From a bacterium (GTDB taxonomy: Bacteria > Planctomycetota > SKW154 > DAOVDS01), in assembly GCA_030669415.1 (NCBI GenBank), contig DAOVDS010000001.1, forward strand, positions 1 to 50,590: 50,590 bases of DNA, written 5' to 3'. Position 1 is the stretch's first letter; each line of letters begins with the position of its first letter. The notes under the pieces are model-generated. The model ran no database searches, had not been told where the DNA came from, and saw only the letters and a list, made by a program, of their open reading frames with translations. Below, in pieces: positions 6,936-16,963 of this stretch. Made by a program: the position numbers and the translations under genes.

Positions 6936-9900
6936 CTACAACGCTTCTATGAGCGACACTATCTGGGCGTTGGTAAAGCCTTTCATATCAATCGCGTTTG
7001 ACCGGCAGGATGCCGCGCAGATACCGCAGCCCTTGCAGAGCGCGCCGGTGACTTCAGCGTATCGGCTGGTCACGCCGCGGCGCGTCACCTCGACCACCTT
7101 CACTGCCGAGTAGGGGCAGACGCTCTCACACATGCCGCATGCGGAGCACAGTGCGGTGTTGACCTGCGAAATAGTACCCTCCGCCTTGATTTCGTCGAGC
7201 GTAAGCACGGTGCAGGCGCGCGAGACGGCCGCATTGGCCTGCACGATTGATTCCTCGACAAACTTGGGGAAATGGCACAGGCCTGCCATGAAGACGCCAT
7301 CCGTGGTGAAGTCAACGGGCCGGAGCTTCATGTGCGCCTCAAGATAGAAGCTCTCGGCGTTGGTGTCTATCTTGAGCATCTGGGCGAGTGATTTCGTATC
7401 TTCCTGCGGCACAGTGGCGACTGAGAGCACGAGGTAATCTGCAGGTATGCTGATGTCCTGGCCGATGAGCCTGTCAAGGACCCGCACGTAGGGCTTCCCA
7501 TCGCGCTCTTCGACGACGGGCGGGTTCTCCGGCTCGTAGGTGGTGAAGATGACGCCCTTTTCGCGCGCCTCTTTGTATGCCAGCTCTCTCATGCCGTAAG
7601 TGCGAATGTCGCGGTAGAGGACATAGATGTTCGCGCCGGGATTGAGCTCCTTGAGCTTGAGTGCGTTCTTGACCGCCTGCGTGCAGCAGAAGCGCGAGCA
7701 GTAAGGCCGCTCGTCGCAGCGGGAGCCGACGCATTGAATCATAACGACGTTCTTTGCCGCCGTTACGTCCTTATCACCGTCGGCGAGCCTGTTCTCGAAT
7801 TCGGACTGGGTGAGCACGCGTTCGTTTTTGCCGTAGAGGTACTCGGTGGGCTTGTATTCGAGTCCGCCGGTGCACACAATCACTACGCCGTGCTCGTACT
7901 CTTCCTCGCCCGCTGGCGTTTCGAGCAGTGTCTTGTAGTTTCCTATGTAGCCTTCGATGTTCTTTATGCTGGTGGAGGTAAAGAGCTTGAGGTTGGGCTG
8001 CGCCTTCACCTGCGCGATAGTCTCTTCAAGCAGCTTCTGCGGGTCTTCGCCCGAGAGGGTGAAGCGGATATGTCGCAGGTGTCCGCCCAGCTCTTCCTCG
8101 CGCTCGACCAGCGCGACCTCGAAGCCCTGCTGCGCGATTCCGAGCGCGGCGGTCATTCCGGCGATTCCGCCGCCAATGACGAGCGCCTTCTTGGTGAGCG
8201 GAAATGTCAGGCGCTCAAGCGGCTCAAGCAGGTAGGCCTTGTTTACGGACATGGCGATTAGCTCTTTGGCCTTCTCCGTGGCGACATCAGGGAGGGCCGC
8301 ATGAACCCAGGAGCACTGGTCGCGGATATTGGCCATCTCGAACAGGTAGCGGTTGAGCCCGCTTGCGGCGCAGGTTTCCTGGAAGAGCGGCTCGTGCGTT
8401 CTCGGCGTGCAGCTTGCCACCACGACGCGGTTGATGCCCTGCTCCTTTATGACTTCCTTCATCTTCTCCTGCGTATCCTGCGAGCAGGTGAACAGGTTGC
8501 GCTCCACGTAAGTCACGTTGGGCAGCGTTTTGGCGAACTCTTCGAGTGCTTCCATGTCGAGCACGCCGGCGATGTTGATTCCACAGTGGCAGAGAAAGAC
8601 GCCGATACGCGGGCCTTCGGCCGCGATGTCTTTCTCCTTTACGGGCTCCGGTATGGTAATTTCCTTGCCGCGCTCGCCGGCGAGATAGCGGGAGGCAAGC
8701 GCCGCGGCCCCGGAGGACTGGGTAACAGTTTCGGGTATGTCCTTTGGTCCCTGGAAGGTCCCGATTACGTACACACCGTCCCGGGTGGTTGAGAGGGGGG
8801 TGAACTCTCCCGTCTTTGCGAAGCCGAACTGGTCGAGCTCAATTGCGCAGACTTCGGCGAGTTTTGCCGCCTCGATGGGGGTTGAGAGGCCGGCCGAGAG
8901 GACGACCATCTCGTACTGGCCTGTCTTGAGCTCGCCTTCTTCAGTTTCGTACTTGATAAACAGGTTGCGGGTAGCGGGGTCTTCTTCGATGTTCGAGACG
9001 CGGGAGCGAACGAACTTCACGCCCGACTTCTCCTTGGCACGCTCGACGTACTTGTCGAAGTCCTTGCCAAAGGAGCGGAGGTCCATGTAGAAGATGGTGC
9101 AGTCGAGGCCGTGGACGTGGTCCTTGGCGATGACTGCTTCCTTGGTGGCATACATGCAGCAGGCGCTTGAGCAGTAGTCCTTCCCTACCCGGCTGTCACG
9201 CGAGCCGACGCACTGGACGAAAGCCAGGGATTTGGGCTCTTCGCCATCAGAGGGTCGCAGAATCAGCCCGCGATAGGGCCCGCCGGCAGCGAGGATGCGC
9301 TCGAACTCGAGCGCGTTGACGACGTTCGGGAAGCGCGCCCAGCCGAGTTCGGGCTTGAGCGAGCAGTCGAAGAGTTCGGAGCCTGCCGCGAGGATAACAG
9401 CCCCCACGTTGAGCTTCTCGACGCGCTCGGCCTGCTCGTAGTTTACGGCATCGGCCTTGCAGAGCTCGAAGCAGAGTCCGCAGCCGACGCACACGTCCTT
9501 GTCAATGGCGAATATCCTCGGCACCGCCTGTTCGTAATCCACGCGGATAGCGGGCCCGACACACATATCAAGGTTGAAGACGCTGAGCGCCTCGACGGGG
9601 CAGTGCTCGGCACACACGCCGCAGCCGGTGCACTTGTCAGGGTCAACGTACTGCGGCCGGTAGGCGATAGTGACTTTGAAGTTTCCCTTCTTGCCCTCTA
9701 CTTTGCGGACATCGGCGTTCATCAGGAGTTCGACGTTCGGGTGCCTTCCCGAGGCAACCAGCTTGGGCGAGATAATTCACATTGCGCAGTCGTTTGTCGG
9801 GAAGGTCTTGTCAAGCTGGCTCATCATGCCGCCGATGCAGGGCTTTCGGTCAAGCAGGTAGACCTTGAAGCCGGAATCACCGAGGTCAAGAGCCGCCTGC

Positions 9901-9968
9901 ATGCCGCCTATGCCGCCGCCGACGACGAGGACTGACCCGACCTTTCGCCCGTTACCTTTTTTCGCCAA
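6936..9968 (-). CDS. hdrA: Heterodisulfide reductase subunit A-like flavoprotein (tandem HdrA modules) with in-frame UGA (selenocysteine) at codon 64
   Basis: ORFs 9777..9968 and 6936..9722 share a frame. The join reads [11 protein letters not shown](9777-9779)[18 protein letters not shown], which is the HdrA DCxMC(I/L)xPK motif. Two GGGIxGMxAAL Rossmann motifs, two CVGSR...CC motifs and several 4Fe-4S CxxCxxCxxxCP sites. Confidence 0.9.
9740..9759 (-). promoter_or_regulatory. Candidate bacterial SECIS hairpin for hdrA
   Basis: GGU(U)GCC-UCGGGAA-GGCACC, 17 nt after the UGA. Same stem architecture and bulged U as the E. coli fdhF SECIS GGU(U)GCA-GGUC-UGCACC. Confidence 0.5.
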
Positions 9969-10000
9969 TTTCTCAGACCTCGCGCTGCAGAATCTATCAG

Positions 10001-10768
10001 CTACACCAGTGCAGTATACAGCGGGCTGGTATCTCTTACTTCCTTAACATCCACGATGTTTCGCCCGCGAAGAATTGTCACCATTCGGAGTACCTCGGCC
10101 GGGTCAAGCCCCAGCTCCGGCGCCATCTCCCTGACTGAGCGGGGCTCCTTGCGCGTCAGGTTGACAATGCGAGCTTTGACGTACTCGTCCCTGACAGTTG
10201 TCTCAAGAAGCTCCTTGAAGGTCTCCTTGGGGTACTCCTCGCCGAACACGTTGGTGTCGGTTTCGAGACTGTACTGCTTGCCGACAAGCCAGCGCAGGCG
10301 TTCGCTGCAGGAGCCGTCGCGTGCTGCCCTCAGGTTTTCCTCGAGTTTTTCGCCGGTTGTCCCTTCGGAGCCCAGCGGGCCGAGTGCTCGCACAGCCTCG
10401 ATCGTCTCGGTTACCACGTCCACGAAGCGCTGGGCCTCGGCCGAGGAGCACCATTCGAGCCGGAACCGCTCAGGCGAGACGCCCGCAAGCTCCAGCAGCC
10501 GCTTTATGACAGGCTCCCGTCGAAGCGCATGGTAGTTGCCACTAACATAGTGGCAGTCGCCGAGGTGTCACCCGAGGACCATGACGGCATCGATGCCGAG
10601 GAGAAAAGCCTCGAAAACGAGCCGCGTGTCAATCCTGCCGGAGCACATGACCCGGATATCCCGGACGTTTGTTGGGTACTGGAGGCGCGAGACTCCCGCC
10701 AGGTCTGCGCTGGCATACGAGCACCAGTTGCAGCAGAACGCGAGTATCCTGGGCTCGAAATCCGCCAT
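10001..10768 (-). CDS. mvhD: MvhD-like 2Fe-2S protein with in-frame UGA (selenocysteine) at codon 67 and a roughly 130-aa C-terminal extension
   Basis: ORFs 10568..10768 and 10001..10423 share a frame. The join reads [11 protein letters not shown](10568-10570)[17 protein letters not shown], which is the conserved GCHxGDCHY motif with Sec in place of the first Cys. AGGAG lies upstream of ATG 10768. Confidence 0.85.
10537..10555 (-). promoter_or_regulatory. Candidate SECIS hairpin for mvhD (10001-10768)
   Basis: UGCCACU-AUGUU-AGUGGCA: a perfect 7-bp stem starting 12 nt after the UGA. Confidence 0.45.
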
Positions 10769-10840
10769 CAGTCACTCCTGTGAAGCCCTTGTTTGGACAG
10801 TTGGGTGCCCGGCGCTCCGGGTTCTCGTTAGAGATGCGGG

Positions 10841-10869
10841 ATGGTAGAGTCGGCCCCTGAATCTGTCAA
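10841..10869 (-). promoter_or_regulatory. Candidate promoter for the mvhD-hdrA-flx operon
   Basis: On the minus strand: TTGACA (10869-10864), 17 nt, TACCAT (10846-10841). Confidence 0.35.
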
Positions 10870-11081
10870 GGATAAATTGCAAAATATCACCGGACTGCAA
10901 GTTAGCCGGTGGGCTTGCCCGCCGAGTGATTAACAACACGGCGAGGTGCCGCAGGATTCTGAAGGGGCCAGTCACCGACCCCCCCGGGGCTTCGTAAGTT
11001 CAAGGCTCCTGTAACCCGGCACGCAGAGATTACCTACAAAACTGTCGCGGACACGCTAACTGATGTTTTTGGAGTTTTTGA

Positions 11082-11110
11082 TTGACAAGGTTTTGCCCCC
11101 TTCTTATAGT
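11082..11110 (+). promoter_or_regulatory. Sigma70-type promoter for hdrCB
   Basis: TTGACA (11082-11087), 17 nt, TATAGT (11105-11110). AGGAGG lies 7 nt before the TTG start at 11170. Confidence 0.6.
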
Positions 11111-11169
11111 TTGCAATCTACTGAAAACGTGAGGAGCCTCAGACAACACGCTTTTTTAGGAGGTGCGTC

Positions 11170-11691
11170 TTGAGTCCCGAAACCGCCGCTCAAGGCGAGA
11201 TTGTGGTTACGGATCTCGACCCGAACTTCAAGTACGAAGTCGCCGAGCTGCCGGGAGGCGAAAACCTGCGTTACTGCTTCACCTGCGGCACGTGTACGGC
11301 TTCCTGTCCCATTCGCGAGGTCAACGAGATATTCAACCCTCGCAAGATAATCCGCATGATTGTCCTGGGCATGAAGGAGAGGGTGCTAAAGAGTGAATTC
11401 ATGTGGCTCTGCACGGGGTGCTACTCGTGCCAGGAGCGCTGCCCGCAGGATGTGAAAATAACGGACCTGATGAACGCGCTGAAGAACTACGCGGTCAAGC
11501 ACGGGGTTGTCCACCCGGGCGTTGCCGCGCAGGCCGAGCCGATTTACAACGACGGGCGCATCTACGCAATCGAGGATTTCGACAACAAGAAGCGCGAGAA
11601 ACTGGGGCTGCCCCGCGTCAAGCCCAGGACCGAGGATGCGTCCAAGATATTCGAAGTTACGGGTCTGGACAAGATAGTCAAGAAAGGGTAA
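11170..11691 (+). CDS. hdrC: Heterodisulfide reductase subunit C
   Basis: CFTCGTCTASCP and CTGCYSCQERCP motifs; immediately followed by hdrB. Confidence 0.85.
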   Translation: MSPETAAQGEIVVTDLDPNFKYEVAELPGGENLRYCFTCGTCTASCPIREVNEIFNPRKIIRMIVLGMKERVLKSEFMWLCTGCYSCQERCPQDVKITDLMNALKNYAVKHGVVHPGVAAQAEPIYNDGRIYAIEDFDNKKREKLGLPRVKPRTEDASKIFEVTGLDKIVKKG

Positions 11692-11696
11692 CCGAG

Positions 11697-12584
11697 ATGG
11701 CTGACAACAAGTATCTGCTGTTTCTGGGATGCACAATACCCGCCAGGGCCAGGAACTACGAGCTTTCCAGCCGCGCGATAGCCGCGAAGCTCGGCATCGA
11801 GTTTGTAGAGGAGGACGAGTTCTTCTGCTGCGGCTTCCCCGTCAAGAACGCGGACTGGATGGCCTGCGCACTCATGGCTGCGCGCAACATCGCCATTGCG
11901 GAGCAGAAGGGCCTGGACATCTGCTGCCTGTGCTCAGCCTGCACGGGTGTTATGGCCGAAGTCAACGAGCACCTCAAGCACGACGAGAAGCTGCGCGAGG
12001 AAGTCAACGAGAAGCTCGCCAAAATCAACCCCAGCTACAAGGTCGAGGGCAAGCTCGCGGTCAAGCACTTCGCGCGAATCCTCTTCGAGGACGTGGGCGT
12101 CGAGAAGATAAAAGAGCTCGCCGCCAAGCCGCTCGAGATGCTCAGAATCGCACCGCACTACGGCTGCCACTACCTCAAGCCTTCGGACGTCCACAAGTGG
12201 GACAACGTCGAAGACCCTCAGACGCTCGATGAAATTATCACTGCCTGCGGCGCCGAGTCGGTCGAGTACACCGACAAGAAGTTCTGCTGCGGCGGCGCCC
12301 TGCTCGCTTACGACCAGGATACCGCCCTCGCCGTGGGAAACCACAAGCTCGAAATCGTGAAAGACGCGGGCGTGGACGCAATCACCCTCATCTGCCCCTT
12401 CTGCGCCGTAATGTACGATGACAACCAGCGCACGATAGAAGCCAAGTTCGAGAAGGAGTACAAGCTGCCCGTGCTCTACCTGCCACAGGTTATCGGCCTG
12501 TCCATGGGTATCCCGGCCAAGGAGCTCGGCATGCAGTTCAACAAGGTCAAGACCAAGGATCTCCTCGCCAAGGTCGAAGCATAA
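11697..12584 (+). CDS. hdrB: Heterodisulfide reductase subunit B (two CCG domains)
   Basis: FFCCGFP and KFCCGGALL CCG motifs. ATG 11697 lies 5 nt after the hdrC stop. The longer ORF from 11403 is an overlap artefact. Confidence 0.9.
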   Translation: MADNKYLLFLGCTIPARARNYELSSRAIAAKLGIEFVEEDEFFCCGFPVKNADWMACALMAARNIAIAEQKGLDICCLCSACTGVMAEVNEHLKHDEKLREEVNEKLAKINPSYKVEGKLAVKHFARILFEDVGVEKIKELAAKPLEMLRIAPHYGCHYLKPSDVHKWDNVEDPQTLDEIITACGAESVEYTDKKFCCGGALLAYDQDTALAVGNHKLEIVKDAGVDAITLICPFCAVMYDDNQRTIEAKFEKEYKLPVLYLPQVIGLSMGIPAKELGMQFNKVKTKDLLAKVEA

Positions 12585-12602
12585 CATCCCAATATAAAAA
12601 CA

Positions 12603-12639
12603 CGGGTCCTGGTACCACCACCGGGGCCCGCTTTATTTC
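12603..12639 (+). terminator. Rho-independent terminator candidate after hdrB
   Basis: cgggtcc...ggggcccg stem (7 bp including one G-U pair) followed by ctttatttc. Confidence 0.5.
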
Positions 12640-12671
12640 ACCAACGGCTCTGGTCTTTCGCCAGGCGAATC

Positions 12672-14354
12672 TCACGGTATCAGGAAGATATCCTTGAACT
12701 TCACGGACTTGAAAAGCTGCTGTCCTATCCCCACGTAACCGGCGCGCGAAGGCGACGCTTTCGCCGGCACCGGTATTGTCACCGCGTTCCTGCCATCCAA
12801 CGCTATCTTTATTTTGCCCTTACCAGGCTTGTCGTGTTCGTACTCGACCCGCATCACGTACCATTTTCCGGGCACCCAGGACGGGCCGGATGACACTGTC
12901 TCCGTCAGCATATCCGCCTGGCCCGCTGTCGCTCTCGGCCGGAACATCCTGGCCCCGTTGCTTGTCGCATCGTTGTTGAGTGCAATGTATATCGAATCTG
13001 TTCCGCCGTAAGGCGCCTTCTGCGCCCAGAGAGTCAAATAAAGCGTGGACCTGGGCACATCTGCAGCCGCAGACGGAGCCTTGTCACCCGTACGTTCCAA
13101 CTGGAAGCTGAACTGGAACTTGAACGACCCGCTCGTTTGCACCCCGGTCCATATTGCCCGGCTCGTCGCCTTCTCGTTCTGAAGTACCTCTATGCACCCA
13201 CCCCTGGCGGAACCATTCAAACCCGTCACCGACTGCCACGCCGACATGTCACTCCCATCGAAAATCCTTTGCCACGGCAGAAATCCCCCAAGCAGGGACT
13301 CGGCTTTCGAAAGGGCCGCTTCCACTCGCCTGCTCCTGTGTGTCATTTCAGAAAGCGCCAGGAGAGCATATTCGAGATCAGATTTCTTTTTCTTCCGCAC
13401 AGCTTCCTCGGCCAGCTTGCATACCTCCTCCTGCGCCGCCTTACTCTTCTTGAAATATTCTTTCAAACCGCCTGACGCCTTGCTGACTCGTTTTATTGTC
13501 TCTTCTGCATTTACGCATGACTGTGCCTGTACGGGAAATAATAAGTAAGTCAGTCCCTGTGTCAGAATTTCTTCCGTCTGCTTCTCCTTCTCCGCTATCT
13601 CGCACAACAGAGAATAAGCTTCCGCCGCGTTATAGTCCACCTCTAGTGCAGCCCGGCACGTTATACGGGCCTCCCCTACCTTTCCCTTTCTTAACAACCT
13701 GCGCGCTTCAGATAGAAGACTATGCGCTTTGTCCTTTACCTTAAAGAAACCGATTTCGGGTTTTTTTAGAAGACGCGCTTTCTCTCCTATCTTCTTCGAT
13801 AGCGCTTCAGTCTTCTCATTCATTTCTTTCTTATCTCCTGCAACAGCGATTATTTTCAGGAATACGAAGCTTGCCTCCACTGATCTGCCCTGTCGCAGAA
13901 ACTTCTCACATATATTGTTAACGGAAACAATATATCCTTCGGCTGCCTTATCCACGCCCCATCGTATTTTCATAAGTTCACTCAGCTTCTTTTTTGACTT
14001 CCTAAGAAGGCTCGCATCTCGCCCGCTGAGCTTTCCATCCACCACTTCCTTCATCTTGAGCGCTTTGACGAGCATTTCGTACGCTTCTGCAAACCTGTCC
14101 GATTCGGCCTTCATTTTCTCGCATACAATGATTCTTAAACGCGCAATCCCCACGCTCGAAGGATGATTCTTCTGCCCCTCCTTCAGGATAAAATCAGCTT
14201 CTTCAAGCTTCCCCGATTTGATCTTTACGGTAGCTTCTTCTATCACTTCCTTCTCCGTCTGCGCCAACATCTCGCCTGCCAGTATTGAAACGAAGACAGC
14301 TATTAGCACAAATGCGGCAATTATCTTGCGTGTTATTCTGCCTGTATCCATCAT
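12672..14354 (-). CDS. Membrane-anchored helical-repeat protein with a C-terminal DUF1080-like (LamG/jelly-roll) domain
   Basis: N-terminal TM (IIAAFVLIAVFVSILAG), TPR-like helical region, C-terminal WQRIFDGSDMSAWQ... pattern. Confidence 0.55.
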   Translation of the reverse strand: MMDTGRITRKIIAAFVLIAVFVSILAGEMLAQTEKEVIEEATVKIKSGKLEEADFILKEGQKNHPSSVGIARLRIIVCEKMKAESDRFAEAYEMLVKALKMKEVVDGKLSGRDASLLRKSKKKLSELMKIRWGVDKAAEGYIVSVNNICEKFLRQGRSVEASFVFLKIIAVAGDKKEMNEKTEALSKKIGEKARLLKKPEIGFFKVKDKAHSLLSEARRLLRKGKVGEARITCRAALEVDYNAAEAYSLLCEIAEKEKQTEEILTQGLTYLLFPVQAQSCVNAEETIKRVSKASGGLKEYFKKSKAAQEEVCKLAEEAVRKKKKSDLEYALLALSEMTHRSRRVEAALSKAESLLGGFLPWQRIFDGSDMSAWQSVTGLNGSARGGCIEVLQNEKATSRAIWTGVQTSGSFKFQFSFQLERTGDKAPSAAADVPRSTLYLTLWAQKAPYGGTDSIYIALNNDATSNGARMFRPRATAGQADMLTETVSSGPSWVPGKWYVMRVEYEHDKPGKGKIKIALDGRNAVTIPVPAKASPSRAGYVGIGQQLFKSVKFKDIFLIP

Positions 14355-14573
14355 CTCTTCGTTCCTTCCGCTCGACTCATTTGCTATTGAGCCACGCTTT
14401 ACATCTTATATACGCTTTATCATATTGTCAACACTTATAAGAACAACCGCATTTTCTTGCCTTCTCCCGTTCACAGTATTCGACACTTATGTCACCATCT
14501 GGAAAGTTTCGTCATGAGTCTTTACTGTATAGAGATCTCATTTTACAGATAACTCCTGAGAGATGTTTCAATG

Positions 14574-14732
14574 TTGACACCAGGACGGGAGTAAGGATAG
14601 ACTATTATCGGGAAGTTCAGCCGGGTGAATGTCGGTATGAATGAAGGCACCAAAACATGTCCTTTCCGTGCAGAGCTCGTACCGCTCAGGGCAATCAAGT
14701 GCCGCTACTGCGGTGAATTCCTGGACGGCTCG
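14574..14732 (+). pseudogene. Degenerate copy A of the promoter and zinc-ribbon 5' end of the 19420 gene family
   Basis: TTGACA (14574-14579), 18 nt, TAGACT (14598-14603). ATG 14637 reads MNEGTKTCPFRAELVPLRAIKCRYCGEFLDGS. 14688-14732 matches 19464-19508 at 43/45 nt. The first CxxC is broken (CPFR) and there is no TM or pilin part. Confidence 0.6.
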
Positions 14733-14763
14733 AGTCCGCTTGCGCACAGACCAACGGGCACGA

Positions 14764-15435
14764 CTACTTATCACCGCCCTCTTTCTTTTTCTCGCCTGTC
14801 ATCTCTTCCCACGGGATAACAGTCTGTTCCTTTGAAGCGGCCGGCCACGCGGGTCTTTCTATTATCGGGTAGTATTCCCAGATATATTTTTCTGCTTCCT
14901 TGTACCGCTTGTCCTTCTGATTGAACTTGCCGGCGATTTTGCCAGAGGGCCTGTCAAGCTTGTAGACTGTCTTTCCCTCTTTCCCGTGGTCGAACTCCAC
15001 ATAAACCACTTTCTTATCGACGTATTTGACATGAGCTTCGCGGTAGCGGTCGCTGACTATTCTATTAGGCGCTTTGTCTATGTACCTTTTCCAGACGACC
15101 TTTTCGGAACCATCCGGCAGGATTCGCATCCCGTAAACCTGAATAGCTTTAACCATATCCTTGCCGTTAGTCGTAACAGGATACTCCCTGAAGACGCGAA
15201 CCTGAACTGCCGATGGAGAGAAATGCTTGAAGAAGTCATTCGAGTCTTTCAGGCGCTCGACAAGCGCCGGGTTCTTCTCATGCAGGAAAGACAGCGCATC
15301 AGAAATACTCTCTCCTGTCTGACTTGATTCATTGCTGTTCTCCGGGTTTCCCCTGCCTGTAATGCTGCACCCTGAGACTACCGATACTACGAATACGAGC
15401 ACTAAGAACCCGTGGAAATAATTATCAATATACAT
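14764..15435 (-). CDS. Hypothetical lipoprotein
   Basis: ATG 15435 with GGGAGG upstream. Signal peptide with lipobox VVSGC. No recognisable domain. Confidence 0.5.
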   Translation of the reverse strand: MYIDNYFHGFLVLVFVVSVVSGCSITGRGNPENSNESSQTGESISDALSFLHEKNPALVERLKDSNDFFKHFSPSAVQVRVFREYPVTTNGKDMVKAIQVYGMRILPDGSEKVVWKRYIDKAPNRIVSDRYREAHVKYVDKKVVYVEFDHGKEGKTVYKLDRPSGKIAGKFNQKDKRYKEAEKYIWEYYPIIERPAWPAASKEQTVIPWEEMTGEKKKEGGDK

Positions 15436-15463
15436 TGGCGTGCCTCCCAAAAATGGAAACGGA

Positions 15464-16747
15464 TTATTCCTCAAAGTCAGGAAGTTCTTCGGGATCTTTG
15501 GGCAAATTGGCGTCTCCTGTCAATGTCGTTGGCCCCGCAATCTTGACTCTTCGTTTAGACGCGTCCTGGTGTTTTTCCTGAACCTTATATTTCGTCACGG
15601 TCAGTTTCTTGGCACTTATGCTGAAGTCATATTGAGTTTCAACAAATGTGCTACCCTCCATTTGAACCCCGCCCGGTCCAGGATATGTTTCATCGATCGC
15701 CTCGGGATTCTCTGTAATGGATACTATCGGGTCGGGCAAACTATTAGTCGGCCCCGGGTTGAGAGCAGTCTCGCTTAGTTGTCCATTCTCGTATAGGCAT
15801 TTTGCAATCCAGTAGCCCGTTTCAGCACCCTTGTCCCATTTGCCATTTTCAGGGTTGTTGTCTTGGTAGACAAGTTTCGCCCAGTAGTCAGCATGACCAT
15901 GGTTGAACGGATTCCTTGATATCACCCAGACCTCGATTCGCCATTTGTCTTTGAACTTCAGGGCTTCCTTTTGATCTAGTAACCAATCTTTAATGGGCTG
16001 TGGATTGGTGCCAATTGTCTTAGGCCCGCCAATGTCTTTAGTCCTATTGCCGTTGGTCAGATTCCCAGAGCTTTTGCCCTGTATGAAATATAGTATCGGG
16101 TACGGAACCACATCCGCAAGCCATTCCGTGAGAACGCAGTTAGCATATTCAAAAAGGTAAGCCGTGTCTACAATCGGCGGTACGCACAGGCCTGAAATCT
16201 GAGTCTTTACTGGCTGGGCCGGACCATGGGCATAGCCCGAGGTGGCAAACCAACTGAAATCGTAGCCCAGATAACTCGCAGGTATGCGAAGAGACAAGGT
16301 TTCAGAAAGCTCGAAAGGGGCACTTCTGCCGAGTTCCTGGAAGTCCGGCGTAATAACAATGCCTTCATAAACTATGACATCTCCCACGATGACCGAGGTG
16401 CAGATTATCGCATCACTTACCCCGTCTCTGTCCTTGTCTATGTAGACCTGGAAGCCCAGAGAATTGCCATATTGCAGGAAAGCTTGTCCTATGTTGCCTT
16501 CCGTCTCAAACCGGAATTCCCAGGTGTCAGTTGCCTCCTCGTATCTGCGTGAGACCTTTCTCAAGTCCGCAGCAGGTACAAATTCGTATTCTGAAAGCTC
16601 TATGTCGTAGTAGTCCAGATACCAGTCACCCGGAAAGCTAAAGTCGTTTGCCAAATCAGTGATTTCCTTTTTCTTACAGCCAGAGACCAGAAAGCTGGCT
16701 GCAAGAACAAGCAACAATGCACCAATCACCCCGTAACGACCAGACAT
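15464..16747 (-). CDS. Hypothetical lipoprotein (427 aa)
   Basis: MSGRYGVIGALLLVLAASFLVSGC lipobox. No recognisable domain. Confidence 0.55.
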   Translation of the reverse strand: MSGRYGVIGALLLVLAASFLVSGCKKKEITDLANDFSFPGDWYLDYYDIELSEYEFVPAADLRKVSRRYEEATDTWEFRFETEGNIGQAFLQYGNSLGFQVYIDKDRDGVSDAIICTSVIVGDVIVYEGIVITPDFQELGRSAPFELSETLSLRIPASYLGYDFSWFATSGYAHGPAQPVKTQISGLCVPPIVDTAYLFEYANCVLTEWLADVVPYPILYFIQGKSSGNLTNGNRTKDIGGPKTIGTNPQPIKDWLLDQKEALKFKDKWRIEVWVISRNPFNHGHADYWAKLVYQDNNPENGKWDKGAETGYWIAKCLYENGQLSETALNPGPTNSLPDPIVSITENPEAIDETYPGPGGVQMEGSTFVETQYDFSISAKKLTVTKYKVQEKHQDASKRRVKIAGPTTLTGDANLPKDPEELPDFEE

Positions 16748-16963
16748 CTTCTCCTCCTCTCATTCGAGAAACCTTCAGCATGAAGAATATAAAGATACAA
16801 GCATCATCGTGCATTGTCAATATCTATTCCGTTCTTTTTTGTGGGGTTCCGGGGGCAATGCGGATTATCTGTCGCAAGCCTTGTTCGTACGGTGGTAGAT
16901 TTTTTCGAAATCCATGCCCGCGACCTGCATTTTACCACGCTTTTCAGTGAGGTGCTCCCTATA

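Noticed and set aside
5805-10768. Reading the three in-frame TGAs as genuine stops (split genes or pseudogenes)
   Set aside because: Each TGA falls exactly on a conserved Cys of the family motif. The downstream pieces lack their own RBS and start at the right place. Reading frames are preserved for hundreds of codons. Hairpins lie 5-17 nt downstream. This still needs confirmation that Sec machinery exists in the genome.
10772-10975. 67-aa ORF in the hdr divergent control region
   Set aside because: It has no RBS and no motif. It occupies the space needed for the two divergent promoters and leaders.
11403-11696. N-terminal 98-aa extension of the hdrB ORF
   Set aside because: It overlaps hdrC in another frame. 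ATG 11697 lies 5 nt after the hdrC stop and yields the canonical HdrB N-terminus (MADNKYLLFLGC).
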